DNA from: a virus
Taxonomy: Duplodnaviria; Caudoviricetes
Length of the DNA stretch: 64,000 nt
Strand: one strand, 5' to 3'
Virus record (IMG/VR): IMGVR_UViG_3300033064_008235
Coordinates: 1,691-65,690 of that record
The translations under genes and the position numbers were made by a program. The notes beneath the pieces were generated by a model, which searched no databases, had not been told where the DNA came from, and worked only from the letters and a program-made list of their open reading frames with translations. Shown piece by piece: positions 48,194 through 57,551 of the stretch (position 1 is the first letter of the stretch; each line of letters starts with the position of its first letter).

Positions 48194-49002
48194 GCAATTG
48201 GATCTTTCTCAGCAAAGGCGGCACGGACGAATACATAAACATGCTGGCCCACAGTGCAAAAATGCAACCAACAAATAGTGATTACTTTGATTATCATTAT
48301 GATGTAGAGGTGGACCATAATCAGCTGGTACTGCGTGGCATTCTCAAACACAAGATCATGAAAAAATGCCTAGCTGATGGTAACAATTTTTACTACATGG
48401 ATTCAGGATATGTTGGAAACAATGTAGGTAATAAAAACAATCAAGGCGTCAAGCAATATCACAGAATCGTGCTTAATGATTTGCAGCATCGTACTATACG
48501 ATCACGTCCTAGCGACAGATGGGATTTGCTTGGTATTACACCTGCTGCTCGACGATATGGATATAAAATCATAGTGGCGGCACCAGATGAAAAACCTTGC
48601 AAGTATTACGGTGTTGATCAGCATCAATGGATTCAAGATACTGTGGCTGAAATTAAAAAGCATACTGACCGTCCAGTAGAAGTTCGTGAACGTGCAGCAT
48701 TGCGTATAGATAGAGTAATTAATACACCTTTAAGCCATGTATTAACACAGGATGTGCATGCATTGGTAACATTCAACAGTATTGCAGCAGTAGAAAGTAT
48801 ATTGGCTGGCGTTCCTGCATTTGTGATGGCACCCAGTCATGTGGCAGAACCGGTGGCCAATCGAGAGTTATCTAAGATAGAAAATCCTTTTTATCCAGAT
48901 CAAGACTTGTTGATGGCTTGGTGCCACAGCATGGCATACGGACAATATCATGTACGCGAATTAAAAAATGGGACGGCATTTAGAATGATGCAAGAAATAT
49001 GA
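48190..49002 (+). CDS. KpsC/KpsS-like capsule biosynthesis GT-B protein
   Basis: YMDSGY, TDRPVEVR, VTFNSIAAVESILAGVP. Confidence 0.7.
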   Translation: MSNWIFLSKGGTDEYINMLAHSAKMQPTNSDYFDYHYDVEVDHNQLVLRGILKHKIMKKCLADGNNFYYMDSGYVGNNVGNKNNQGVKQYHRIVLNDLQHRTIRSRPSDRWDLLGITPAARRYGYKIIVAAPDEKPCKYYGVDQHQWIQDTVAEIKKHTDRPVEVRERAALRIDRVINTPLSHVLTQDVHALVTFNSIAAVESILAGVPAFVMAPSHVAEPVANRELSKIENPFYPDQDLLMAWCHSMAYGQYHVRELKNGTAFRMMQEI

Positions 49003-49964
49003 AAGTTATAAGTTATACAGCAACCCTGCCCCGAAAAGAGCAGCACACTGAAGAAAGTCTCAAGAACGCCACATATAAATTGGATACACTGAGATATTTT
49101 GCACAAGGTGTAAATGCGCAAGATGACGAAGGTATTGTCGAAACCGACATGACGTATCAACCCAGCGAAGTGGCTGTGATACTAGGATGGGTACACGAAC
49201 ACGGCAAAACTTCTGCACATTTGCAATTCCGTCAAGAGATACTGGATCAACAGCGTGCGTGTGGTGGTAGGACCGTGATAGCAGACAGCAACTTGTTCTT
49301 GTACCGGAACAAGGCCAATCCCGGCTATTGGTTGCGTTACAGTTATGATGGCATCTTTGCCAACACCGGAGAATATTGTGATGGTGCGCCCAACCCTGAG
49401 CGATGGAATCAAGTGCAGAGTTTTTGCGATGTAAAATTACAGCCTTGGCGACAGTTGGGCAATCATGTGTTGCTGTGTTTACAACGTGATGGTGGATGGA
49501 GCATGGCCGGGTGGGATGTAGTAGACTGGGCGTTGAAAAACACAATTGAAATACGCAAGTATACAGATCGACCCATACGCATACGTCCACATCCTGGTGA
49601 CAAGAAGGCCAGGAAATACTGTGAGAGAATAATGAAACTGTGTCAGGGTCGCAGATTGAAAGACATAGAGATCAGTATAGAAGGGCACAGTCTTGTGGAT
49701 GATTTCACCAACTGCTGGGTAGTTGTAAACCACAACTCCAGCCCAGGGGTAGCAGCAGTTATGGAAGGCATCCCTGTTATATTAACTGATCCTGTGCGTA
49801 GTCAAGCAGGGGATGTGGCCACCGTCGGCATCAACCGTATAGAAAATCCACTCATGCCCGACCGTGAAGTATGGGCACAAAGAATCAGCCAGTTTCACTG
49901 GAGTCACGAAGAACTACGCACCGGAGTATGCTGGGCACACATGAAAAAATGGGCAAAAAAATGA
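48999..49964 (+). CDS. KpsC/KpsS-like capsule biosynthesis GT-B protein
   Basis: LLCLQ, TDRPIRIRPHP, VNHNSSPGVAAVMEGIP. Confidence 0.7.
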   Translation: MKVISYTATLPRKEQHTEESLKNATYKLDTLRYFAQGVNAQDDEGIVETDMTYQPSEVAVILGWVHEHGKTSAHLQFRQEILDQQRACGGRTVIADSNLFLYRNKANPGYWLRYSYDGIFANTGEYCDGAPNPERWNQVQSFCDVKLQPWRQLGNHVLLCLQRDGGWSMAGWDVVDWALKNTIEIRKYTDRPIRIRPHPGDKKARKYCERIMKLCQGRRLKDIEISIEGHSLVDDFTNCWVVVNHNSSPGVAAVMEGIPVILTDPVRSQAGDVATVGINRIENPLMPDREVWAQRISQFHWSHEELRTGVCWAHMKKWAKK

Positions 49965-50692
49965 TACAAGTAATAACCAGTTTTGATCAACGGTACTATG
50001 ATCTTATAGGTAAGGATTCGGTCAGCAGTTTCCTAGAGTATTGGCCTGAAGAACTATCACTTACTTGTTACGTGGAAAAATTCAAGTTGCCTACTCATGC
50101 TCGTATACAGCAGATTGATTTTTCAAAGTTGGATCCAGACTACAAAAAATATCAACTGGATCCTGCGTTAAATCAGAGCATGAAAAAGTTTGCCAAAAAA
50201 GCATACAGCGTGATGCATGCCATGCATAATAGCTCAGCAGATTGGATCATATGGTTGGATGCAGATGTGATTACTGTTCGATCCTTACCTATTGAACTAC
50301 TACAACGGGTACTCAAGCCTGGAAATCTTTCAGCATATATGGGTGTGAAATACACCATAGACAAGAGTGGTAATCCTGGAAATTGGTTAGTGCCCGAAAC
50401 TGGATTTTTTGCTGTGAACACTCAGCATAAGGACTTTGCTGTATTCACAGCAGAATACTGTCGCAGATATCACCAACGAGACTATGCTGATCTGCGTAGA
50501 TTCTACGACAACGATGTGTTTGGTGCTGCATTATTAACAGTGCCCAATGCCGAGGTGTTTGATCTATGTGAGAGTTTTGGTAAAAAATACAAGACTCCAC
50601 TGCGTCATACTATACTGGGAGATCATCTCTTACACTACAAGGCCAAGCACAGCAAGGCCGAATACAATCAAGACGACGCTGACAACCAATAA
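49961..50692 (+). CDS. GT-A glycosyltransferase-like
   Basis: KFAKKAY, IWLDADV, ETGF, DNDVF, HYKA; start MIQVITSF. Confidence 0.75.
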   Translation: MIQVITSFDQRYYDLIGKDSVSSFLEYWPEELSLTCYVEKFKLPTHARIQQIDFSKLDPDYKKYQLDPALNQSMKKFAKKAYSVMHAMHNSSADWIIWLDADVITVRSLPIELLQRVLKPGNLSAYMGVKYTIDKSGNPGNWLVPETGFFAVNTQHKDFAVFTAEYCRRYHQRDYADLRRFYDNDVFGAALLTVPNAEVFDLCESFGKKYKTPLRHTILGDHLLHYKAKHSKAEYNQDDADNQ

Positions 50693-51495
50693 GATTCACG
50701 CCTGGGTTGTATGAGATCAGATTCAAGGCTTCGTCCAACAGTTTTTCTATTGCCTTTGAGATGATCCAAGTATGCACCCCATGTTGTGTTGATCAGTGGA
50801 TGCCCTTCACCCTTGATCAATCCCGCGCTCCAGTTTAACACTTTCCATTCAGGGTGTAGGGCTTGCACTTCTTTTCTGGTCTCATCAAACACCCAACAAT
50901 CGTTCCATTCAGACATGGTCATAAGTCGTCCAGAATCATATGCCAATTGAAACTCTCCAAGCCATTTGCGAGTGATTGGGTTTCGCAAATTCATTCCGTA
51001 CAACCCACATTCAGAGAACTTTTTTTCTCGTCCCAGGTATGCTAGTCCCGTATCTGATGGCATTTGCAGTAACAAAAATGCTTCATTGAGTCCGGTATGA
51101 CATATCATGTCAGCATCCATCCAAAATAACACATCAGTTTTGCAGTTGGCGGCGGCATGAAACACAGAATAGGCCTTGTGGCTAAATCGTATGGCATCCC
51201 AGCGGAATCCAATACCGGGTGCCTTGCCTTTTTTATCTGTGGGACCAGTTGCCACCTTACCACTAGCCCTGGGATCTGATCCCCATCGTTGCTTGAATGC
51301 AACAATTTCAGGACTAACTTCATGTAGATTTCTCACATGTAGATTCTTAGCTGTTTGTGTAATAGCACAATCTTCGGTGTATACATAGAGGTTAACTTCG
51401 CTGGGCCAAGTGTTTAAAAATGTATCAATCATTCGGCTGGCATACTTGTCATAGCCTGATTGATTAAATGTGGTCACTACTGCATATTTGGTCAT
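50668..51495 (-). CDS. GT-A glycosyltransferase-like, paralogue of 49961..50692
   Basis: RFSHKAY, FWMDADM, SECG, DCWVFD, HLKG. Confidence 0.75.
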   Translation of the reverse strand: MTKYAVVTTFNQSGYDKYASRMIDTFLNTWPSEVNLYVYTEDCAITQTAKNLHVRNLHEVSPEIVAFKQRWGSDPRASGKVATGPTDKKGKAPGIGFRWDAIRFSHKAYSVFHAAANCKTDVLFWMDADMICHTGLNEAFLLLQMPSDTGLAYLGREKKFSECGLYGMNLRNPITRKWLGEFQLAYDSGRLMTMSEWNDCWVFDETRKEVQALHPEWKVLNWSAGLIKGEGHPLINTTWGAYLDHLKGNRKTVGRSLESDLIQPRRESYWLSASS

Positions 51496-51550
51496 TTAAA
51501 ATCCTTGTAGATATTTTGACTAGATCCCTGGCGTTCATACAGTAAATGCT

Positions 51551-52198
51551 TCATAGTGGTTTCCAAATTGTGTTGCTCTTACTTTTGACCTGAGCAGATT
51601 GATATGGGCCGCACAAGTCGTTTAACCATTGCTTGTGATATTCTTGTTGCCCGTTGTCTTCAATCAGCAACCAGGGTCTATTATGTTGTATGGTGTTGCG
51701 ACTTCCTTCCAGCACTGCATTTTCAAAGCCTTCAACGTCTATCTTGATCCAGTCAACTGATTGAAAATTGAATCGATCAAGAGTGGTCAGTTCGCCGGTG
51801 TGTTTTTCAAACTCAGGATTGGGAATAAATTCTTCAACTTGTTTGGTATGTCCACATTTAAGAGTTTGTAATTCAAATGTCACTGTTTGATCTTTGTCAC
51901 CGAGTCCTAGATTATGCAATTCAACATTGCTGTAACTTTCTAGATTTTTTTGCAAGACTTCAAAGTTTTTAAGCACTGGTTCAAAGCATATCACACGTTC
52001 AAACTGCTCGGCACTGGGTCTGGCAAAGATACCAATGTTGGCCCCAATATCAATCATGGTGCGTTTGCGTGGAATATTTTGAAATACATAATAACGATAC
52101 CGTTGTTGATAGTGTATATCCACATCTTCGGACAAGCGTTCACTAAAGAATCCATTGGGAGGTTCAGAACTGTACCAGAGTGAATTTATTTTATACAT
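51551..52198 (-). CDS. FkbM family methyltransferase
   Basis: IDIGANIG, FEP, IKIDVEGFE..VLEG. Confidence 0.92.
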   Translation of the reverse strand: MYKINSLWYSSEPPNGFFSERLSEDVDIHYQQRYRYYVFQNIPRKRTMIDIGANIGIFARPSAEQFERVICFEPVLKNFEVLQKNLESYSNVELHNLGLGDKDQTVTFELQTLKCGHTKQVEEFIPNPEFEKHTGELTTLDRFNFQSVDWIKIDVEGFENAVLEGSRNTIQHNRPWLLIEDNGQQEYHKQWLNDLCGPYQSAQVKSKSNTIWKPL

Positions 52199-52231
52199 AG
52201 TGTTTATTCAATAACTATTTAATACCATATC

Positions 52232-53074
52232 ATGAACATCAGTATATTTAATCGCTTTGGAGCCCTTAATTCAGGGCCAGTTTTTGAAGCATTTGGTAAC
52301 GGTTGTAAAAAACATTGTATACGGGTGTCCGAACACAATATGTCAGCAGACGTAGCTGTGATTTGGAGTCAGCTATGGACTGGACGCATGGCCCCTAATC
52401 GTGTTGTGTGGCAGGAATTTATAGCAAGTGGGCGCCCTGTAATCATACTGGAGGTTGGGCAATTAAATCGCGGTGTGACCTGGAAGATGGGTATCAATGG
52501 TGTAAATGCTCGTGCGTGGTTTGGTGAGGGCACAGAACCTGGGCGAGCAAAGAAACTAGCAATGCGATTACAACCGTGGCATCAAGGTGATCATATCTTG
52601 ATTGCCATGCAACGTAGCGATAGTGAACAGTGGGCAGGGTTGTTACCTCCAGAAAAATGGTTGGATCATACTGTTGCTAAATTACGTGAATACACTGATC
52701 GCCCCATTGTGGTACGCCCACATCCAAGACAAAAAATTCAACCAAAGATGGGTATAAAATTTCAAACACCATTGGCATTGCGTGGAACCTACGATGAATT
52801 TGATTTTAGATCAAATTTGCCCAGGGCATGGGCAGTGGTTAATGAAAACTCTGGTCCCGGCAGTCAAGCTGTATTAGATGGCGTACCGGCATTTGTGGGT
52901 ACATATTCAATGGCAGCACCTGTGGCCAACATGGACTATTCTTTAATAGAAAAACCACTCATGCCTGACCGCACTGCGTGGTTGGAAGATCTATGTCATA
53001 CAGAATGGACACTGGGTGAAATTTCGTCTGGCAGGCCAATTGGAAGATTATTGGGTAGATTGCAGCCTAGCTAA
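52232..53074 (+). CDS. KpsC/KpsS-like capsule biosynthesis GT-B protein
   Basis: LEVG, IAMQ, TDRPIVVRPHP, NSGPGSQAVLDGVP. Confidence 0.7.
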   Translation: MNISIFNRFGALNSGPVFEAFGNGCKKHCIRVSEHNMSADVAVIWSQLWTGRMAPNRVVWQEFIASGRPVIILEVGQLNRGVTWKMGINGVNARAWFGEGTEPGRAKKLAMRLQPWHQGDHILIAMQRSDSEQWAGLLPPEKWLDHTVAKLREYTDRPIVVRPHPRQKIQPKMGIKFQTPLALRGTYDEFDFRSNLPRAWAVVNENSGPGSQAVLDGVPAFVGTYSMAAPVANMDYSLIEKPLMPDRTAWLEDLCHTEWTLGEISSGRPIGRLLGRLQPS

Positions 53075-54028
53075 ATCAGCATCCACCATGTTGCGTATCA
53101 TTGTGCCAAAATCAGTACGTGGTTTCCATCCTAACTGATTCCGAGCCGACATTGAATCTCCACACAAGCTGTACAGTTCAGCAGGTCTTTTAAATCTAGG
53201 ATCAGATTTGATTAGTGATTGCCACTCAGTGATACCTGCATGGCAAAATGCAATATCGCATAGTTCGCCAATGCTATGTTGCTCGCCAGTGGCAATAATA
53301 TAATCGTTGGCTTTGGGCTGTTGTAGCATTAACCACATGGCTTCAACAAAGTCTCCCGCAAACCCCCAATCTCGTTTGGAATCAAGATTACCCAATGTGA
53401 TAGACTCGGCCAATCCCAATTTAATTCTGGCAACACCATCGGTGACTTTGCGTGTGACAAACTCACGTCCGCGCAATGGGCTTTCGTGATTGAATAATAT
53501 TCCCGAGCAAGCATATAAGCTATAACTTTCACGGAAGTTTATAGTCATCCAATGGCTGTATAGTTTACTAATCCCATATGGACTGCAAGGGCGGAATGGA
53601 GTGGTTTCATTTTGTTGCCATAGTTCAGTTGCATTTCCAAACATCTCACTTGTGCTGGCTTGATAAAATCGTGTATTAGGATTGTGAGTACGAATAGCAT
53701 TGAGCAAATTCAATACTCCAATGGAGTTCACTTCTGTTGTGAGTTTGTTGAGATCCCAACTTGACCCTACAAAACTCTGCGCTGCAAGATTATACACTTC
53801 TGCAGGTTTTAGAGTTTGCATGAGATGGTTCATGTTGTTTTCGTCAGTGATATCTCCAGTGACCAACTCAATATCGTTTTCTATCCCCAACCACTTGATA
53901 TTGTCCAAGTTTGGGTTTGAGTATCGTTTGATCAGGCCATACACATGATAGCCTTTTTCAACCAATAGCTTGGCAAGATATGGACCGTCTTGGCCGGTCA
54001 TGCCTGTTATAAATGCAGTGCGTTTCAT
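53048..54028 (-). CDS. gmd: GDP-mannose 4,6-dehydratase
   Basis: ITGMTGQDG, NLAAQSFV, QASTSEMFG, SPYGISK, LFNHESPLRG.EFVTRK, RDWG. Confidence 0.95.
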   Translation of the reverse strand: MKRTAFITGMTGQDGPYLAKLLVEKGYHVYGLIKRYSNPNLDNIKWLGIENDIELVTGDITDENNMNHLMQTLKPAEVYNLAAQSFVGSSWDLNKLTTEVNSIGVLNLLNAIRTHNPNTRFYQASTSEMFGNATELWQQNETTPFRPCSPYGISKLYSHWMTINFRESYSLYACSGILFNHESPLRGREFVTRKVTDGVARIKLGLAESITLGNLDSKRDWGFAGDFVEAMWLMLQQPKANDYIIATGEQHSIGELCDIAFCHAGITEWQSLIKSDPRFKRPAELYSLCGDSMSARNQLGWKPRTDFGTMIRNMVDADLARLQSTQ

Positions 54029-54052
54029 AACATTATGTATCACAAAAGTCAG

Positions 54053-54505
54053 TCACACTGTAATATCTTCCATTCCCGCTGTACGGAGCTTGACCACGTG
54101 CCCCATTTGCCACTGTTTGCTGTCTAGACCTTTGAGAATACCCAACCAGCGATTGCGTAAGTATGCCACTTCGTTGATTATGGTTTCATAGTCAATTACT
54201 TCATCTTCACCTTCGGCATACTTTTCAGCATCTCTACTGGTAAGGGCACGAGCATATGCTTCAAGATATTTCTTATAATGTTTTCTACGTATCTTGCGTA
54301 GTTGTATGTTGAGATAGTTCAACACTGCCTCAACTTCTTGAAGCTGATTGAATCTTTGTTCTGTAACGCCAGGAAGAGCCGTGATGTTCTTTTCTAAAAC
54401 ACCACGGATCCTACAATCATTTTGAGCCGCTACTAGCTCTGTCTCGTAGTATGTGATAAAATCTGGAATGGCTGAAAGATCAGCTACCACGCGGCTATAC
54501 CACAT
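54053..54505 (-). CDS. uvsY: Recombination mediator UvsY-like
   Basis: YLEAY.RAL..RDAEKY..GE, KGLDSKQWQ..KLRTAGMED; downstream of uvsX. Confidence 0.75.
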   Translation of the reverse strand: MWYSRVVADLSAIPDFITYYETELVAAQNDCRIRGVLEKNITALPGVTEQRFNQLQEVEAVLNYLNIQLRKIRRKHYKKYLEAYARALTSRDAEKYAEGEDEVIDYETIINEVAYLRNRWLGILKGLDSKQWQMGHVVKLRTAGMEDITV

Positions 54506-54774
54506 TAATTTTCCCAGTCGTCAGCGTGATAATCTTCTTCTTCATCAGCTTCTTCATCTTCGTCTTCAAAGCTCTTGTCATTGTCAAGATATGCTGTGAG
54601 AGCACGTTTGATGTCTGGATCACCTTTGAATGCATTTCGAATGTCATCCACATCACAATCATTGTCAATCAAAATTGCAACTATAGTTTCGGTTGCCTCA
54701 TTACGATCAACGGTGTTTACATATCTCTTGAGTTCAGACCAGAGTTCGCTGGCCACTGCTACTGCTTCATTCAT
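54505..54774 (-). CDS. Hypothetical protein with acidic tail
   Basis: Coupled ORF between uvsX and uvsY. Confidence 0.7.
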   Translation of the reverse strand: MNEAVAVASELWSELKRYVNTVDRNEATETIVAILIDNDCDVDDIRNAFKGDPDIKRALTAYLDNDKSFEDEDEEADEEEDYHADDWEN

Positions 54775-56006
54775 TCTGCTGTCTCCTCCTGGGTACTTAC
54801 CTCTTCCCTGTGATTTCCAAAATCCGCCATTGCACGGTCCAAGCAGCCTTCCTCATTGGCTTCCCACTTCTTGCGAAACTTCTTGATAATCTCACCGTCA
54901 GTAGTAACAAACACTAAACTATTGCCTTCTTTCTTCAGCATGTTGCGCTTCTCCATGAGATCCACCATACCCGAGTATGGACTCATACCTGTTTCATACG
55001 GAATCTTTACCTGCACACCTTCAAAAGGTTTGGCATAGCGTGTTTTCATTACTTTGCAAGCAGCACGGATGCCCATAACATCTGAGATCTTGTTGCCGTC
55101 TTCATCTTCTTTCAGCTTGAGTTTCTTCATGGCCACAACAATTGAGCTGGCATAGATAAAGCCTTGACCACCGGATATCTTATCATCCGGATCAAACATG
55201 TCCTGACTTGCATAAGTGTGATTGGTACAAACCAATCCCACATTGTATGAACCAAACATATTCACACAGTTACGTACCAAACTAGTAAGTGCTTTGGGTT
55301 TGCGGCCCATGTCACCTTTCATCTCGCCTGCTTCGAACTGATTCACATCAGTTGGTGTAAGCAACATTCCCAATGAATCAATAACAAACATGACCTTAGG
55401 ACGATCAGTATCGGGCAATGCCTTGTAATCAATCATGAATGTGGAGATGGCTTTGGCCACATCATCAATCATGGACATGCTTAGTTTAAGCAATTTTGAA
55501 TCGCTGGTATCCACGCCCAGTGCTTTGAGCCAATCCTCATCTAGTGCGTTTTCACTATCCACTAGCACTACATAGATGCCCTGTGCTTGTGCGTTCTTGA
55601 TAATGTTGCCGGAGCAGATATAACTTTTTCCGCTATTGTGGCTTGAGATACCATCTCCCCAATATCTATGATTAGGATGATCTACCGTGAAGTCATAACA
55701 CTCTTCAGGAGTAACTTCAATAACCGAAACTATTGGATCAGACTTATTAGATTTAGTGATCAACAATGTACCCACATCAACATTACCTGCCGGAACCCAA
55801 TTGTTGTTAGATAACTGCAATAAATGATTGTTAGCACATCGAGTAATTAGTCCACCTAGTGTGATTACTTCAACCATTGGCAACACCCCTTTGTTAAACC
55901 AAGCCGTAATAGGCTCAAATCCGTCGGGTGTATCAATTTCTAAATTATATTCCCCACATTCCCATAACTTTTTTAGTTCGCCAACGGTAACTTCTTTAAA
56001 TGCCAT
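54771..56006 (-). CDS. uvsX: RecA/UvsX C-terminal part with 124 aa IntC (55635-56006)
   Basis: CANNHLL, CYDFTVDHPNHRYWGDGISSHN|SGKS, DSENA, VIDSLG, TNHTY, SGG.G. Confidence 0.95.
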   Translation of the reverse strand: MAFKEVTVGELKKLWECGEYNLEIDTPDGFEPITAWFNKGVLPMVEVITLGGLITRCANNHLLQLSNNNWVPAGNVDVGTLLITKSNKSDPIVSVIEVTPEECYDFTVDHPNHRYWGDGISSHNSGKSYICSGNIIKNAQAQGIYVVLVDSENALDEDWLKALGVDTSDSKLLKLSMSMIDDVAKAISTFMIDYKALPDTDRPKVMFVIDSLGMLLTPTDVNQFEAGEMKGDMGRKPKALTSLVRNCVNMFGSYNVGLVCTNHTYASQDMFDPDDKISGGQGFIYASSIVVAMKKLKLKEDEDGNKISDVMGIRAACKVMKTRYAKPFEGVQVKIPYETGMSPYSGMVDLMEKRNMLKKEGNSLVFVTTDGEIIKKFRKKWEANEEGCLDRAMADFGNHREEVSTQEETAE

Positions 56007-57069
56007 TTTTAATCTCCTTAATAATTTTTTCTGCTACGCAATGAGGGTTAGTCATAACTTCACTTTCCCATACTATGATAACATTATTGACTTCTTTATG
56101 CGCGGCAATTTTTGCCATTCTTTCATTATCTGTATTCCATATTTCATCCGATGATCTATTGTATGCCACAAAATCCGCATTATATTTTTTAGGATTCCTA
56201 TGCCAAAAGTCTCCATAATATTCAATCACTGTTTTTGATATACTATCATAGAAATCAACGCACCAAGTTCCAATCTGCTTCTCATAGTTTTTTGTTTTAT
56301 AATACGTTCCTTCATGTCCCAACATTTCATCTAATATCATAAAGAATACCTGAGACGTCTTGGAGAAACTATTTCTCTTTGCATAATATCGATTTGATAA
56401 TTTAGTTGCATCTGCTAATTCATAACCACGTAAAACAAAAGCATCAATGCTATGTCCTTTTTTCTGATTTATTAATATCTTCTCTTCTTCAGACTTGGCA
56501 GCTAATGTAGCTAGCCATTGTGCTATTACCACGGGAGACCTAGCATGAGATTGTGATTCAGATACTTTAATTTTGGCCTCTTCCTCCGAATATCCCCGCA
56601 TTACCCAATACCCAATGCATCTAATAGAATAATCAGTTGCTCCTTTTTGTGCTGCTGGAGATTTTGCTGACCTCTTGGATTGAATCTCTGTAACTTTTTT
56701 TTGTGCGTTTTCTACAGTGTATCCTTTATCTTGCCAGTAAATTACTCTATTCTGAAAATGATTAGTTTTCTTTTTGGATGCTTCCACATAATGCTTTCTC
56801 CAGTGATCTCCATATCTTAATACAAATGAATATTTTGAAGGGCTCGACGGCATTGCCTTTAATCGTCTGAGTCGACCCAAATAGTTACTTAAATCATATT
56901 TTATCATATATGCCAATGCAGGTAACCAATTCTCACATTTTTTTGGTGATCCATAAGTATCAAATACTAATAATAAACGTTCACATTGCTTATTCGTCAA
57001 GGACGCCCCGTTACCTATAATTGCGCCAACTGCTTTTCTTTTTAGAAATCTATCTATATTTTTAGTCAT
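55996..57069 (-). mobile_element. Free-standing Vsr-like endonuclease inside split uvsX
   Basis: YW..(K/R)GY repeats, VDFYD..VIEYYGDFWHRNP..IIVWE; paralogue of 40049..41056. Confidence 0.85.
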
Positions 57070-57090
57070 GCACAATTCCTAAGTTATGAG

Positions 57091-57098
57091 TATTTATA
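57091..57098 (-). promoter_or_regulatory. T4-type late promoter for the endonuclease
   Basis: TATAAATA then AGGA RBS before MTKNID. Confidence 0.75.
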
Positions 57099-57125
57099 CA
57101 AATGCGTTAGTATGTGGGCATAAAC

Positions 57126-57368
57126 TTATGTCTTTTTAGATATTCTAATTGTTACTTTGGCCGATTCGGGCAAGCACCCCGACTCGCCTGCAAAAACAGT
57201 AACCTTACCCAATGGAATACCTCTATTGAAGTCTCCAGAGATCAAATAGTTCAATGCAAAGTTGCCAGTAGACACCCAGTCGGTTGGGTCGTTGAAACCA
57301 ATGCTCAATCCTTCAATTGACTTGGTAATTTCTTTTCTAAACTTACTAACATCGAAGGGCTTAGACAT
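57126..57368 (-). CDS. uvsX: RecA/UvsX N-terminal part with 16 aa IntN (57129-57176)
   Basis: WVSTGNFALNYLISG..GIPLGKVTVFAGESG|CLPESAKVTIRISKKT*. Confidence 0.95.
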   Translation of the reverse strand: MSKPFDVSKFRKEITKSIEGLSIGFNDPTDWVSTGNFALNYLISGDFNRGIPLGKVTVFAGESGCLPESAKVTIRISKKT

Positions 57369-57397
57369 TTGTTTTTTCCTTTAATAATTTATAATTT

Positions 57398-57481
57398 TTA
57401 GATATAGTTTGATCTACATCTATTAGAGATATACCCACGTGAACATAGCTTGCCTGAAAAATAGGTAGGCGAACTGTTCAT
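57398..57481 (-). pseudogene. Possible relic of an endonuclease N-terminal module
   Basis: MNSSPTYFSGKLCSRGYISNRCRSNYI* resembles the YFTGKPCKxGH..R motif of phage endonucleases. Confidence 0.35.
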
Positions 57482-57510
57482 TTAAGCAATTTCTCTTGGT
57501 GTTATATTAC

Positions 57511-57545
57511 AAAAGAACACAGAGAGCTGCCTCTCTGTGTTCTTT
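57511..57545 (-). terminator. Long hairpin terminator after gp32
   Basis: AAAGAACACAGAGAG-GCAG-CTCTCTGTGTTCTTTT. Confidence 0.75.
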
Positions 57546-57551
57546 GGTTGC

